The notes: generated from the sequence alone by a model not told the origin. 64,000 nt of DNA from OCS116 cluster bacterium AG-390-A19 (GCA_003278145.1 QCGV01000001.1:323626-387625), one strand, 5' to 3'; positions 19,521 to 30,683 are shown, counted from the first letter of the stretch. Numbers and translations are program-made.

Positions 19521-20376
19521 TCCTGGTAATATTTTTTCTCAGATAGCCTGATAATAAATCAATCGATATGACGGTTAAAATTATCAATAATATAATTGCA
19601 CTAACTTCTTCATAATAATTAAAATTAATTACAAGATATAACTCTTGACCTATTCCGCCTGCGCCAACAAAGCCTAAAATTGTTGAAGCCCTTATATTAA
19701 TCTCAAATCTAAGTAGTGCGTATGAAATTAAATTTGGAAGAACTTGTGGTAATAATCCAAATTTCATTTCTGATAACCAGTTTCCTCCTGATGCCTTAAG
19801 AGCCTCTATTGGTTTATTGTTCGAGTTTTCATGAACTTCAGAAAATAATTTACCCAGGGACCCAGTTGTATGAAGTGTCATTGCTATAATCCCTGCAAGT
19901 GGACCAATTCCCAATACCCAAACAAATAGAATTGCAAAAATTATTTCTGGAACTCCTCTAAAAAATTCAAGTATTCTTCTAATAGAAAAAAAGAGTAGAG
20001 AATTAGGGGAAGTATTTTTTGCTGCTAAAAAACTTAAAAAAAGTGCTAATGTTGAACCTACAATGGTTGCAAGAAGAGCCATGTTAAAAGTTTCAAAAAG
20101 TAATTTTAAGTATTTAGGTAGATTAAAATACCAATAAGCAATAGATCCTTGATCTTTAGAGCCAAGAAATAACTTATTTGATTCTATTGAAGGAAGAATT
20201 TGTGAAACGTAATCACCTAGTCTTGGCATTCCATTTAATAGATTTGAGACATTAATATCTATTATTTTAGAGGAAAGTATTACTCCAATAAATATTAAAA
20301 TAATAAGGGATAAATTCCAAAAACGTTTTTTTCCTATTAAATTTTTATAATGATTATCGGAAGTTATTTTATTCAT
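19507..20376 (-). CDS. phnE: Phosphonate/phosphate ABC transporter permease
   Basis: RGVPE, GIGPLAG, RFEINIRASTILGFVGAGGIG. Confidence 0.92.
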   Translation of the reverse strand: MNKITSDNHYKNLIGKKRFWNLSLIILIFIGVILSSKIIDINVSNLLNGMPRLGDYVSQILPSIESNKLFLGSKDQGSIAYWYFNLPKYLKLLFETFNMALLATIVGSTLALFLSFLAAKNTSPNSLLFFSIRRILEFFRGVPEIIFAILFVWVLGIGPLAGIIAMTLHTTGSLGKLFSEVHENSNNKPIEALKASGGNWLSEMKFGLLPQVLPNLISYALLRFEINIRASTILGFVGAGGIGQELYLVINFNYYEEVSAIILLIILTVISIDLLSGYLRKNITRIEND

Positions 20377-21115
20377 CGTCTAAATCATAGAGCTTCTTTG
20401 CAATATCAGCTGTTAACTGGTTTGGCTTTCCATCAAAAACAACTTCTCCTTCAGATAAACCAATTAAGCGGTCACAATATTTTTTTGCTATCTCTAAAGA
20501 GTGAAGATTACATATAATAGTTATTCCATCTTCTCGATTAATTTTAAGCATATCGTCCATAACTTTTTTTGAATTTTTTGGGTCTAAAGATGAGATTGGT
20601 TCATCAGCTAATAGGATTTTTGGTTTTTGCATTAAAGCTCTTGCAATAGCAACTCTTTGTTGTTGTCCTCCCGATAATGTTCCAGATCTCTGAAGAGATT
20701 TTTCGGCAAGTTCAAACCTGTCTAGATTTTTTAATGCATTAATTTTTTCTTCCTTTGAAAAATATCCAAATAAATTTAAAAAACTATAACTCCTGCCTAA
20801 ACTCCCTATTAAAACATTTGTTAACACATCTAATCGATCAACTAAGTTAAATTGTTGAAAAATCATAGCGCATTCTGAACGCCACCTTCTTAGTGCTTTT
20901 CCTCTGATATCTGTAATAATTATACCATTAAATTCGATTGAGCCTTCAGTTGGTTCAATCAATCTATTTATCATTCTTAGAAGAGTTGATTTACCGGATC
21001 CAGATCGACCAATAATCCCAGTAATTTTACCTTGTTCGACCTCAAGGTTTATATTGTTAATCGCAACTGTATCCTTGAACTTTTTTTTAAGATTTTTTAT
21101 TCTGAGTGGTTTCAT
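20369..21115 (-). CDS. phnC: Phosphonate ABC transporter ATP-binding protein
   Basis: GRSGSGKST, MIFQQFNLV, LSGGQQQRV, ADEPISSLDP, NLH. Confidence 0.93.
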   Translation of the reverse strand: MKPLRIKNLKKKFKDTVAINNINLEVEQGKITGIIGRSGSGKSTLLRMINRLIEPTEGSIEFNGIIITDIRGKALRRWRSECAMIFQQFNLVDRLDVLTNVLIGSLGRSYSFLNLFGYFSKEEKINALKNLDRFELAEKSLQRSGTLSGGQQQRVAIARALMQKPKILLADEPISSLDPKNSKKVMDDMLKINREDGITIICNLHSLEIAKKYCDRLIGLSEGEVVFDGKPNQLTADIAKKLYDLDDE

Positions 21116-21207
21116 AATATCTCATCAATGATTTGTGGATTTACAGACTCATTATAATGATTAAACTAATCTTATATTTGCTATATTCAAGCTTGGATCA
21201 AAAAAAA

Positions 21208-22710
21208 ATGAAACTCTTTTATTTAAAAGCCATAATAATTATATTTCTAGTTTTCTATTCAAGCAACGCTTTTGCAAGTGTTGATCAAAGCATTAACGAT
21301 TTTTTAGAACCTATTGCCTCGCTTATTTCAGGGATTGTTTTTTATTCACTTCCAATTGGAAGTGCTAATGTTGAGTTAATTGTTATTTGGCTTATAGCTG
21401 GAGGCTTATTTTCAACTTTTTATTTTAAATTCATTAATTTTAGAGGTTTTAAACATGCCTTAGAATTAGTTTCTGGAAAATTTTCAAAAAAAGAATCAAA
21501 GGGTGAGGTTTCACACTTTAAAGCTTTAGCAACTGCTTTATCTGGAACCGTTGGTTTAGGAAATATCGGTGGAGTAGCTGTAGCCATTTCTCTTGGGGGT
21601 CCCGGTGCAACTTTTTGGATGATACTATCTGGCTTAATCGGTATGTCTTTGAAATTTTGTGAGTGCACTTTAGGAGTGAAATACAGAAATATTAATCCTG
21701 ACGGAACTGTTTCAGGTGGACCTATGTATTATTTATCGAAAGGTCTTCAAGAGAAGGGTTTTAAGTTTTTAGGTAGTATTCTTGCCTATATGTTTGCAAT
21801 TTTTTGCATTTTTGCATCACTAGGTGGTGGAAATATGTTTCAGGTTAATCAATCTTTAGACCTATTAATTTATGTTACAGGAGGTAGTGGAAGTTTCTTG
21901 GACCTACACTCCTGGGTTTATGGATCTTTTATAGCTATTCTTGTTGGTTTGGTAATTATTGGAGGAATTAAAAGAATTGGTTCAGTTACCTCAAAATTAG
22001 TTCCTTCAATGGCAGTAATTTATTTAGTTTCATCTTTGATTATTATTTTTTCAAATTATGACCAAATACCATCAGCAATTTCATCAATTTTTATAGGCGC
22101 ATTTTCTCCCGAAGGAGTAACAGGTGGTTTCCTTGGTGTATTGATTCTTGGCTTTAGAAGAGCTGTGTTTTCCAATGAGGCAGGAATTGGGTCTGCACCT
22201 ATCGCACATTCCGCAGTAAAAACAGATGATCCCACAACCGAAGGGTTGGTTTCTCTATTGGAACCATTTGTTGATACAGTTATTATTTGTACTTTAACAG
22301 CATTAGTAATTATTACGTCTGGTGTTTATATAACAGGCCAAGAAATTGAAGGTGCAAGAATGACATCCCAGGCATTTGGAACGGTATTACCAACATTTCC
22401 TTATTTACTTGCTCTTGTTGCAACTCTATTTGCCTTTTCCACTATGATTTCTTGGTCATATTACGGTGTAAAGGCTGTTACCTTTATTTTTGGTGAGTCT
22501 AAAAATATTGAAACTCTATATAAAGTTATATTTTGTCTTTTTGCTATTGTTGGATCTTCACTTGATTTGGTTAAAGTAATCGATTTATCTGATGCAGCGT
22601 TATTTCTGATGGCAATTCCAAATTTAATCGGAGTTTATATTTTAGCTGGAATTGTTAAAAAAGAATCTCTTAATTATTTTTCTAAATTGAAGAAAATTGA
22701 AAAAGTTTAG
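21208..22710 (+). CDS. Alanine/glycine:cation symporter (AGCS family)
   Basis: ALSGTVGLGNI, GGPGA, GGPMYY, FSNEAGIGS, EPFVDT; ATG 21208 chosen over TTG 21133. Confidence 0.93.
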   Translation: MKLFYLKAIIIIFLVFYSSNAFASVDQSINDFLEPIASLISGIVFYSLPIGSANVELIVIWLIAGGLFSTFYFKFINFRGFKHALELVSGKFSKKESKGEVSHFKALATALSGTVGLGNIGGVAVAISLGGPGATFWMILSGLIGMSLKFCECTLGVKYRNINPDGTVSGGPMYYLSKGLQEKGFKFLGSILAYMFAIFCIFASLGGGNMFQVNQSLDLLIYVTGGSGSFLDLHSWVYGSFIAILVGLVIIGGIKRIGSVTSKLVPSMAVIYLVSSLIIIFSNYDQIPSAISSIFIGAFSPEGVTGGFLGVLILGFRRAVFSNEAGIGSAPIAHSAVKTDDPTTEGLVSLLEPFVDTVIICTLTALVIITSGVYITGQEIEGARMTSQAFGTVLPTFPYLLALVATLFAFSTMISWSYYGVKAVTFIFGESKNIETLYKVIFCLFAIVGSSLDLVKVIDLSDAALFLMAIPNLIGVYILAGIVKKESLNYFSKLKKIEKV

Positions 22711-23311
22711 TATTTTAAAATCAATTAAAGGCTTTATGGATCCAGATGAGGGAGAGTGTCTTTATAGATATTCCTTAGAAGCATCAAAAAAAGGACCAAT
22801 TTTAGAAATAGGATCATATTGCGGAAAATCAACAATTTATATTGGAACAGCATGTAAAGAAAATAATTCGCTCCTATATGCAATTGATCATCACACTGGA
22901 TCTGAAGAAAATCAAATCGGCTGGGAATACCATGATGAAGAACTATTTGATAGCGAGACTGGAAAAATTAATACTTTTCCGGAATTTAGAAAAAATATAA
23001 GAAGTTTTGATTTAGAAAAATTTGTTATTCCTATTGTTTCTGATTCTGTGTTAGTGGCTAAATACTGGACAATTAATCTATCAATGGTTTTTATAGATGG
23101 CGGGCATAGTGAAGAAGCAGCTTTTAATGATTTTGATAATTGGAATGATAAAATTATAAATGACGGATTTTTAGCCATTCACGATGTTTTTCCGAACCCT
23201 GATGACGGTGGAAGGCCTCCTTATGAAATTTTTCTCAAAGCAATAAATTCTGGAAAATTTAAAGAGTATAAAACTGTTAAGTCTCTAAAAATACTTAAAA
23301 AAGTTTTATAA
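22697..23311 (+). CDS. Class I SAM methyltransferase (Methyltransf_24; MeT1-like sugar 1-O-methyltransferase)
   Basis: GFMDPDEG, EIGSYCGKS, DHHTGSEE, FIDGGH, HDVFPNPDDGGRPP. Confidence 0.8.
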   Translation: MKKFSILKSIKGFMDPDEGECLYRYSLEASKKGPILEIGSYCGKSTIYIGTACKENNSLLYAIDHHTGSEENQIGWEYHDEELFDSETGKINTFPEFRKNIRSFDLEKFVIPIVSDSVLVAKYWTINLSMVFIDGGHSEEAAFNDFDNWNDKIINDGFLAIHDVFPNPDDGGRPPYEIFLKAINSGKFKEYKTVKSLKILKKVL

Positions 23312-24373
23312 AAGATCATCTAAAAATAATGATGACCCATTACTTAATTCATAAATTGCATCATATGCCAAAATTACCGCAGCAGAAGTCCAAGGCGGTC
23401 TCTCTTTTGGCCAAAAAACTTCAAGCTCATACTGTCGTCCCATCCAGTAGGCTCCTTCATCATCCCTCCACTGGTGAGTATATGAAATCATTTCTTTAGC
23501 TAATTTATTTTCACCAATTTTTTTTAGAGCAATTGCTAACTCTGCCGTTTCAGCTATTGTCACCCATGGTTGATCTTCGACACATTTACAACCAACCCCA
23601 TCAACTACAAACGTTTCCCATTTACTGAATAATTTTTCTTTAGCATCTTGTTTTGAAATTAAGCCACATAGAACAGGATAATACCAATCCATTGAAAAAC
23701 GTTGTTTTGAGTCCCAAGTTCTATCAAATAATTCAGGTTTATTTTTAATGGCATAACCTAATTTCTCCAAAGACTGCTTCCATTCATCAACATTTATATC
23801 TAAAATTTTCGCACATTTTATTGCACTTATAAGACTTTTATAAATTGAACAACAGCCTGTAATCAACGCATCATCATTTGGGGCAGACTCATCTTTCGCC
23901 GCCCACCTTATTTCACCTTCTAAAGATTGATTTCCAATAACAAAATTAATTGCGTTAAATATAGTAGGCCATAATTTGATAAGATCTTCTTTTGACTTAT
24001 TTACTAGATAATCGTGCCAAGAGGCGGTAGCAATATATGCTGCAAAGTTTGTATCTCTAATTAAACTTCCTGCATCACTTTCTTCTCCAGTAAAGGCTCC
24101 ACTATCTTCATCAAATTCAACAGTACTTCCCAGTTGTCCATACCATGATCCGTCTTTGAGTTGATAATTTTTTAAATAATCAAATCCTAAATCTTTTTCT
24201 TTTTTATAACCTAGTAAATTTAAAGCCATAACAGACTCAAGATGATTCCATGCATCAAAAACACCTTCTTTAAACCATGTTATTGATCCATTATTTTTTT
24301 GAAGTTCAATTATCCTGTTTGATGAGCCTTTAAAGAATTTAATTTTATCTTTGTTTACTATTTTTTCTGTCAT
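23306..24373 (-). CDS. Alpha/alpha-barrel protein, usually annotated 'prenyltransferase'; MmpH-like glycoside hydrolase candidate
   Basis: GSITW, DAWNHLES, DTNFAAYIA, ALITG, RFSMDWYYPVL, PWVTIAETAE, WTSAAV. Confidence 0.7.
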   Translation of the reverse strand: MTEKIVNKDKIKFFKGSSNRIIELQKNNGSITWFKEGVFDAWNHLESVMALNLLGYKKEKDLGFDYLKNYQLKDGSWYGQLGSTVEFDEDSGAFTGEESDAGSLIRDTNFAAYIATASWHDYLVNKSKEDLIKLWPTIFNAINFVIGNQSLEGEIRWAAKDESAPNDDALITGCCSIYKSLISAIKCAKILDINVDEWKQSLEKLGYAIKNKPELFDRTWDSKQRFSMDWYYPVLCGLISKQDAKEKLFSKWETFVVDGVGCKCVEDQPWVTIAETAELAIALKKIGENKLAKEMISYTHQWRDDEGAYWMGRQYELEVFWPKERPPWTSAAVILAYDAIYELSNGSSLFLDDLL

Positions 24374-24374
24374 T

Positions 24375-25085
24375 TTATTTTTTTTTGAAATATAGGACTA
24401 TTGATTTACCCATTACTGGATCAAAAAATTTTTCTAAAACTCTAGTAAGGATTGGTCTTTTTAAAATATCCCATTCTAGAAACTTTTTATATAAATTTAC
24501 AAAAATATTTTTTTCATTTTTAACACCTACATAACATTTTAACCACCAGTATGGCGAATGAAGACCATGTTTATAGGACTTTGATAAATAAAAAAAATTA
24601 TTACTCCTGAAGCTGTTAATAAGTTGTTTTTTGTTAAAAATATGAATGTGCCCACCTGGTTCATTATGATATTCATCAGATAGGTACCAACATATTTTCT
24701 CAGGAATCTGATTAGGAACTGATATTCCAATATATGAATTCTTTTTTGAAACTCTATGAATTTCATCGATTACTTTTTCATAATTTGGAATGTGCTCAAG
24801 AACTTCAGAGCATATTACTTGATCGAAAGTTTCATCTTTAAAAGGAAGTGAGAGAGCATTTCCGGTCATTAAATTGAAATGTCTGTTTGGATCATTTGTG
24901 ATATCTGGATAGGTTTCAAAACCTTGATAAGTAATTTTTATGTCCTCTAAAGAAAGGTCGAGACCAATTACATGACACTTCTTATAATAATAAAGCTTAT
25001 GGATATGTCTTCCTTTTCCACATCCAAGGTCTAAAATTGTGTCACCATCCTTAATTTTAATTTTATCTAGATCTATTGTCAGCAT
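24375..25085 (-). CDS. Class I SAM methyltransferase (OrfD / putative 3-O-methyltransferase-like)
   Basis: MLTIDL..LDLGCGKGRH, SEVLEHI, PEKICW.LSDEYH.EPGGHI, HGLHSPYWWLKC, GKSIVLY; start at 25085 overlaps the GT4 gene end. Confidence 0.8.
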   Translation of the reverse strand: MLTIDLDKIKIKDGDTILDLGCGKGRHIHKLYYYKKCHVIGLDLSLEDIKITYQGFETYPDITNDPNRHFNLMTGNALSLPFKDETFDQVICSEVLEHIPNYEKVIDEIHRVSKKNSYIGISVPNQIPEKICWYLSDEYHNEPGGHIHIFNKKQLINSFRSNNFFYLSKSYKHGLHSPYWWLKCYVGVKNEKNIFVNLYKKFLEWDILKRPILTRVLEKFFDPVMGKSIVLYFKKK

Positions 25086-26340
25086 TTGAAATTGCCTCTC
25101 TATAAACTTCAACTAATTCTTTAGCAGCTCTTTTCCAGGTAAATTTTTCTAAAACTCTTTTTCTTCCTTTTTCACCAAGCTCTTTTCTTTTTTCAGGCGA
25201 TAATAAGAGTTCTTTTATTGCTTTCCTTAATTCATTTGGGTTTGAATGAGGCACAATTATACCTGAATCACCTACGACTTCTGGGAGAGAACCTCCATTT
25301 GTTGAAATTAATGGAATACCACAAGACATTGCTTCACCTGCTGGAAATCCAAAACCCTCATAAACGGATGGTGAAATAGCAATTGTTGATTCAGCATATA
25401 ATTCTGCAATTTCCCTACTTGTTAAATCGGAGATAAATTTAACTTTATTTTTAATATCTTTTTTATCTAATTCATTACTGGTTGGGCCATCCCTTAACTT
25501 TCCTATAACAACTAAAGATAGGTCAGGAAACTCATCTAGAAGTTCTGAATATGCTCTAATTAGATAAATTAAACCCTTTAGAGGTACATCAGCACTTGCT
25601 GTAGTAATTAATTGATTTTTTTTTCTTTTAATAGATGGAATTGGTTCAAAAGTTTTATGATCAATCCCATGAAGTACTTTTCTTGTTTTTTTTGGATCTA
25701 TTTTAAAATCTTTTACTACATCTTTTCTAGTATTTTCAGACACCACAATTATAGGGTCTAGCTTTCTAGCAACTTTAATCTGCATTTTTAAGAAGCTGTA
25801 CCATCTCCATTTAAGTAATTTAAGTGATAAAGTTTCAGCGTGTTTGATATCTATTCTTTTATCCATAGTAATAGGGTGATGAATTGTTCCTACAACCGGA
25901 ACACCCATATCTCTTAATTTTATTAATCCATAAGCTAAAGTCTGGTTATCATGTACAACATCGAATCTTTCATAATTTTCTTTACCCCAAATTGCCATTC
26001 TTTCGCCAAAAGTATATGGCTCAGAAAAACCACCACTCAAATGACTTAGCCATTCATAAAGGTTAATAGGTTCTTTAAGAAGATTTAATCTAAAAGCTTT
26101 AAGAGGACTATCGAAAGAATAAAGATCAAGTGATGGTAATTTGGTTAATTTAACCCCTTTATCTAGAATTGGGTAAGGTTGTCCCGATACAACTTCAACA
26201 GTATGTCCTAATTCAACCATAGCTTTAGTCACTAAACGCATGTAAATACCCTGACCACCTGTAAAAGGGTGGCTTCTATAGCTAGGCATCAAAATTCTTA
26301 GGGGTTTATCGTTTATTTTACTCATGGAGACTTGTATCAT
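25063..26340 (-). CDS. Glycosyltransferase family 4 (ManT-like alpha-mannosyltransferase candidate)
   Basis: SYRS..GGQG.Y, SGQPYP, PSLDLY, HDNQTL, TIHHPIT, TASADVPLKG, GT4 EX7E motif YEGFGFPAGE; alternative start 26325. Confidence 0.85.
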   Translation of the reverse strand: MIQVSMSKINDKPLRILMPSYRSHPFTGGQGIYMRLVTKAMVELGHTVEVVSGQPYPILDKGVKLTKLPSLDLYSFDSPLKAFRLNLLKEPINLYEWLSHLSGGFSEPYTFGERMAIWGKENYERFDVVHDNQTLAYGLIKLRDMGVPVVGTIHHPITMDKRIDIKHAETLSLKLLKWRWYSFLKMQIKVARKLDPIIVVSENTRKDVVKDFKIDPKKTRKVLHGIDHKTFEPIPSIKRKKNQLITTASADVPLKGLIYLIRAYSELLDEFPDLSLVVIGKLRDGPTSNELDKKDIKNKVKFISDLTSREIAELYAESTIAISPSVYEGFGFPAGEAMSCGIPLISTNGGSLPEVVGDSGIIVPHSNPNELRKAIKELLLSPEKRKELGEKGRKRVLEKFTWKRAAKELVEVYREAISNADNRSR

Positions 26341-26460
26341 AATTTGTTGGTTAGTAATAAATTTTAAATACTCTTTAGTTTTTAAAAATAATGATTTGAA
26401 TAAATTTAAAGAACATTTATAAACGTTTTATCTATTTATCTAAATAAAGGAAGTAATTAA

Positions 26461-27819
<1,359 letters not shown>

Positions 27820-28077
27820 TTACCAGCAATAGTACCTATTACAAAATCTGTTATCTAAACCATTTCTTCTTATTGCATCTGTATTTTTATCCTGAGCTCT
27901 AATTGATTTTAAGGTCAATCTACAGGTACCATAAGCTTCGGTTCCTTCAATAAAAGATAATTTTATACATTCTTCATGATCAATTTTATCTCTTAATGCA
28001 GCTCTTTCCTCAAGTGCTTGTTGAGAAACGCAAGAAGAAAGAAAAATTATTAATGTTAATATTATAGTTTTTTTCAT
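27820..28077 (-). CDS. Small putative lipoprotein
   Basis: MKK, hydrophobic stretch, LSSC lipobox; four further Cys. Confidence 0.65.
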   Translation of the reverse strand: MKKTIILTLIIFLSSCVSQQALEERAALRDKIDHEECIKLSFIEGTEAYGTCRLTLKSIRAQDKNTDAIRRNGLDNRFCNRYYCW

Positions 28078-28084
28078 TTTTTCC

Positions 28085-29266
28085 TCATTTGTTTCGACTT
28101 AACTCTTTCATACCTTTATCCAAACCGTCTAATGTTAATGGATACATTCTGTCAGATATAATCTGACTAATTATTTGAGTGGAAGGTGTGAATTCCCAAT
28201 GTTTTGTTTCAACTGGATTTATCCATATTACATTTTGATAAATATCAGTAATTCTTTGTAACCACTCTGCGCCTGCTTCTTCATTCCAATGTTCAACACT
28301 ACCACCTGGGTAGGTGATTTCATATGGACTCATTGACGCATCTCCTACAAAAATAACTTTATAATCTGATGAATATTTATGTAAGATATCCCAAGTATCA
28401 ATTTTTTCGGTATGCCTTCTTCTATTGTCTTTCCAAACACTTTCATACAAGCAATTGTGAAAATAAAAACTTTCCATATTCTTAAATTCTGTTTTAGCTG
28501 CTGAAAAAAGTTCTTCACATAGCTTAACATGCATATCCATTGAGCCACCAATATCAAAAAATAATAGAACTTTAACTTTATTTCTTCTTTCGGGTACTAA
28601 AGATATATCTAAATAACCTTTATCTGCAGTATTTTTAATAGTTCCGGGTAGATCAAGTGTGTCCGCTGCACCATCTCTCGCAAATTTTCTAAGCCTTCTA
28701 AGTGCAACTTTTATATTTCTAGTACCAATTTCAACATCTTTATCTAAATTTTTGAACTCTCTCTTGTCCCATACCTTAACAGCTTTATAATTTTTATTTT
28801 CTTTTTGTCCTATTCTAATACCCTCTGGATTATAACCATCAGATCCATAAGGAGATGTACCACCAGTCCCAATCCATTTAGAGCCTCCTTCATGCCTTTT
28901 CTCTTGTTCTTCAAGCCGTTTTTTTAATTCTTCCATTAATTTATCCCAGCCACCCATAGACTCAATTTTTTGTTTTTCTTCTTCGGTAAGGAATTTTTCA
29001 TTAAGTGTTTTTAACCACTCTTCAGGGATTTCAGTAATTTCATCTGACTCTAAAGACTCAAGACCTTTAAAGACATGACCAAAAACACGATCAAATTTAT
29101 CGAGATTTTTTTCATCTTTAACAAGAGTTGATCTTGATAAATAATAGAATTCCTCAATCTTTCTATTAGGTATGTCCTTATCCATTGCTTCCAATAGAGT
29201 TAAATACTCCCTCAAAGAAACTGGCAGATTAGCATTTTTTAATTCATGAAAAAAATTAACGAACAT
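28085..29266 (-). CDS. VWA-domain protein (CoxE-like)
   Basis: WIGTGGTSP, DIGGSM MIDAS-like motif, FHNCLYE, GDASMSP. Confidence 0.9.
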   Translation of the reverse strand: MFVNFFHELKNANLPVSLREYLTLLEAMDKDIPNRKIEEFYYLSRSTLVKDEKNLDKFDRVFGHVFKGLESLESDEITEIPEEWLKTLNEKFLTEEEKQKIESMGGWDKLMEELKKRLEEQEKRHEGGSKWIGTGGTSPYGSDGYNPEGIRIGQKENKNYKAVKVWDKREFKNLDKDVEIGTRNIKVALRRLRKFARDGAADTLDLPGTIKNTADKGYLDISLVPERRNKVKVLLFFDIGGSMDMHVKLCEELFSAAKTEFKNMESFYFHNCLYESVWKDNRRRHTEKIDTWDILHKYSSDYKVIFVGDASMSPYEITYPGGSVEHWNEEAGAEWLQRITDIYQNVIWINPVETKHWEFTPSTQIISQIISDRMYPLTLDGLDKGMKELSRNK

Positions 29267-29275
29267 TGAAAATTA

Positions 29276-30121
29276 CTACCCATTCTCTCTTCTAGCTAAG
29301 AAAGCCAATCTTTCAAAAAGATGAACATCCTGTTCATTTTTTAATAAGGCACCATGTAACGGTGGAATTAAGTTATTAGCATTTTTTTCTCTTAACATTT
29401 CTGGTTTAATGTCCTCATTCATAAGTAATTTAAGCCAATCTAAAAGTTCGGAGGTTGAAGGTTTTTTCTTAATTCCTGGAACATCCCGAAGTTCGTAAAA
29501 AACTTTAAGAGACTCAGATACTAATTTTGATTTAATTTTTGGATAATGAACATCTACAATTTTTTCCATTGTATCTGCATCAGGAAAAGAAATATAATGA
29601 AAAAAGCATCTTCTTAAAAATGCATCTGGTAATTCTTTTTCATTATTTGAGGTAATTATAACAACTGGTCTTTTTGCAGCTTTTATTGTTTCGTTAGTTT
29701 CGTAAACAAAAAATTCCATTCTATCTAGTTCTTGAAGTAAATCATTTGGGAATTCAATATCAGCTTTATCAATTTCATCAATTAATAAAATTGGCCTTTC
29801 ATTGGACTCGAATGCCTCCCATAATTTACCTTGTTTGATATAGTTTTTTATATCTTTAACTTTTTCATCGCCTAATTGAGAGTCCCTTAGTCTCGTTATT
29901 GCGTCATATTCATAGAGACCTTGCTGAGCTTTTGTTGTTGATTTTATATGCCATGTTATTAAAGGCATTTTAAGAGCTTTTGAAACTTCTTCCGCCAATA
30001 CGGTTTTACCTGTTCCAGGTTCACCTTTAATGAGCAATGGTCTTTCAAGTGTAACTGCAGCATTTACAGCGATACGAAGATCTTCTGTTGCTATATAATC
30101 TTTTGTTCCTTCGAACTTCAT
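29276..30121 (-). CDS. MoxR-family AAA+ ATPase (CoxD-like)
   Basis: GEPGTGKT, LIDEIDKAD, TSNNEKELPDAFLRRC. Confidence 0.93.
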   Translation of the reverse strand: MKFEGTKDYIATEDLRIAVNAAVTLERPLLIKGEPGTGKTVLAEEVSKALKMPLITWHIKSTTKAQQGLYEYDAITRLRDSQLGDEKVKDIKNYIKQGKLWEAFESNERPILLIDEIDKADIEFPNDLLQELDRMEFFVYETNETIKAAKRPVVIITSNNEKELPDAFLRRCFFHYISFPDADTMEKIVDVHYPKIKSKLVSESLKVFYELRDVPGIKKKPSTSELLDWLKLLMNEDIKPEMLREKNANNLIPPLHGALLKNEQDVHLFERLAFLARRENG

Positions 30122-30266
30122 TTTTCACCTCTAATATATTTTATAATAAATAAAAAAGATAATCTAATGATCAAAATATCTAATATCAACTATCATTATT
30201 ACGAATCTTACTTGAGATTTTAATTTATTTGCTTTAAAAACTTTTTTCTTAGTAAAGAGGATTAAA

Positions 30267-30683
30267 ATGGCTACTCGTTTACCAAAAGGATACACACCTT
30301 CTGAAAAAGAACCTTTTATGAACGCTAAGCAAAAAGAATTTTTTAGACGAAAATTACTTGCTTGGCGAAATGATATTATTCAGGAGACTAAGGAAACATT
30401 AAACAACTTACAAAAAGAAGTCGTTAATTTTTCAGATTTAGCCGATAGGGCCTCTTCTGAAACTGATCGATCTCTTGAACTACGAGCACGAGATCGTCAA
30501 AGAAAGTTAATCTCTAAAATCGATGAAGCTCTCTCTCGTATTGACGATGGCTCTTATGGTTATTGTGAAGAAACAGGGGAAAATATTGGATTAAAACGCT
30601 TGATAGCAAGACCAATTGCAACTTTGTCTATAGATTCGCAAGAAAGACATGAAAGAAAAGAAAAAGTTTACCGAGACGATTAA
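30267..30683 (+). CDS. dksA: RNA polymerase-binding protein DksA
   Basis: DLADRASSE coiled-coil tip, RARDRQRKLI, YGYCEETG. Confidence 0.95.
   Translation: MATRLPKGYTPSEKEPFMNAKQKEFFRRKLLAWRNDIIQETKETLNNLQKEVVNFSDLADRASSETDRSLELRARDRQRKLISKIDEALSRIDDGSYGYCEETGENIGLKRLIARPIATLSIDSQERHERKEKVYRDD

Noticed and set aside
23306-24373. Prenyltransferase / squalene-hopene cyclase
   Set aside because: Only 355 aa, no DXDD motif, and the context is a glycosyltransferase plus methyltransferases; an MmpH-like hydrolase fits better
30267-30683. DksA lacking the four-Cys zinc finger as a novelty
   Set aside because: One-Cys DksA is normal in alphaproteobacteria
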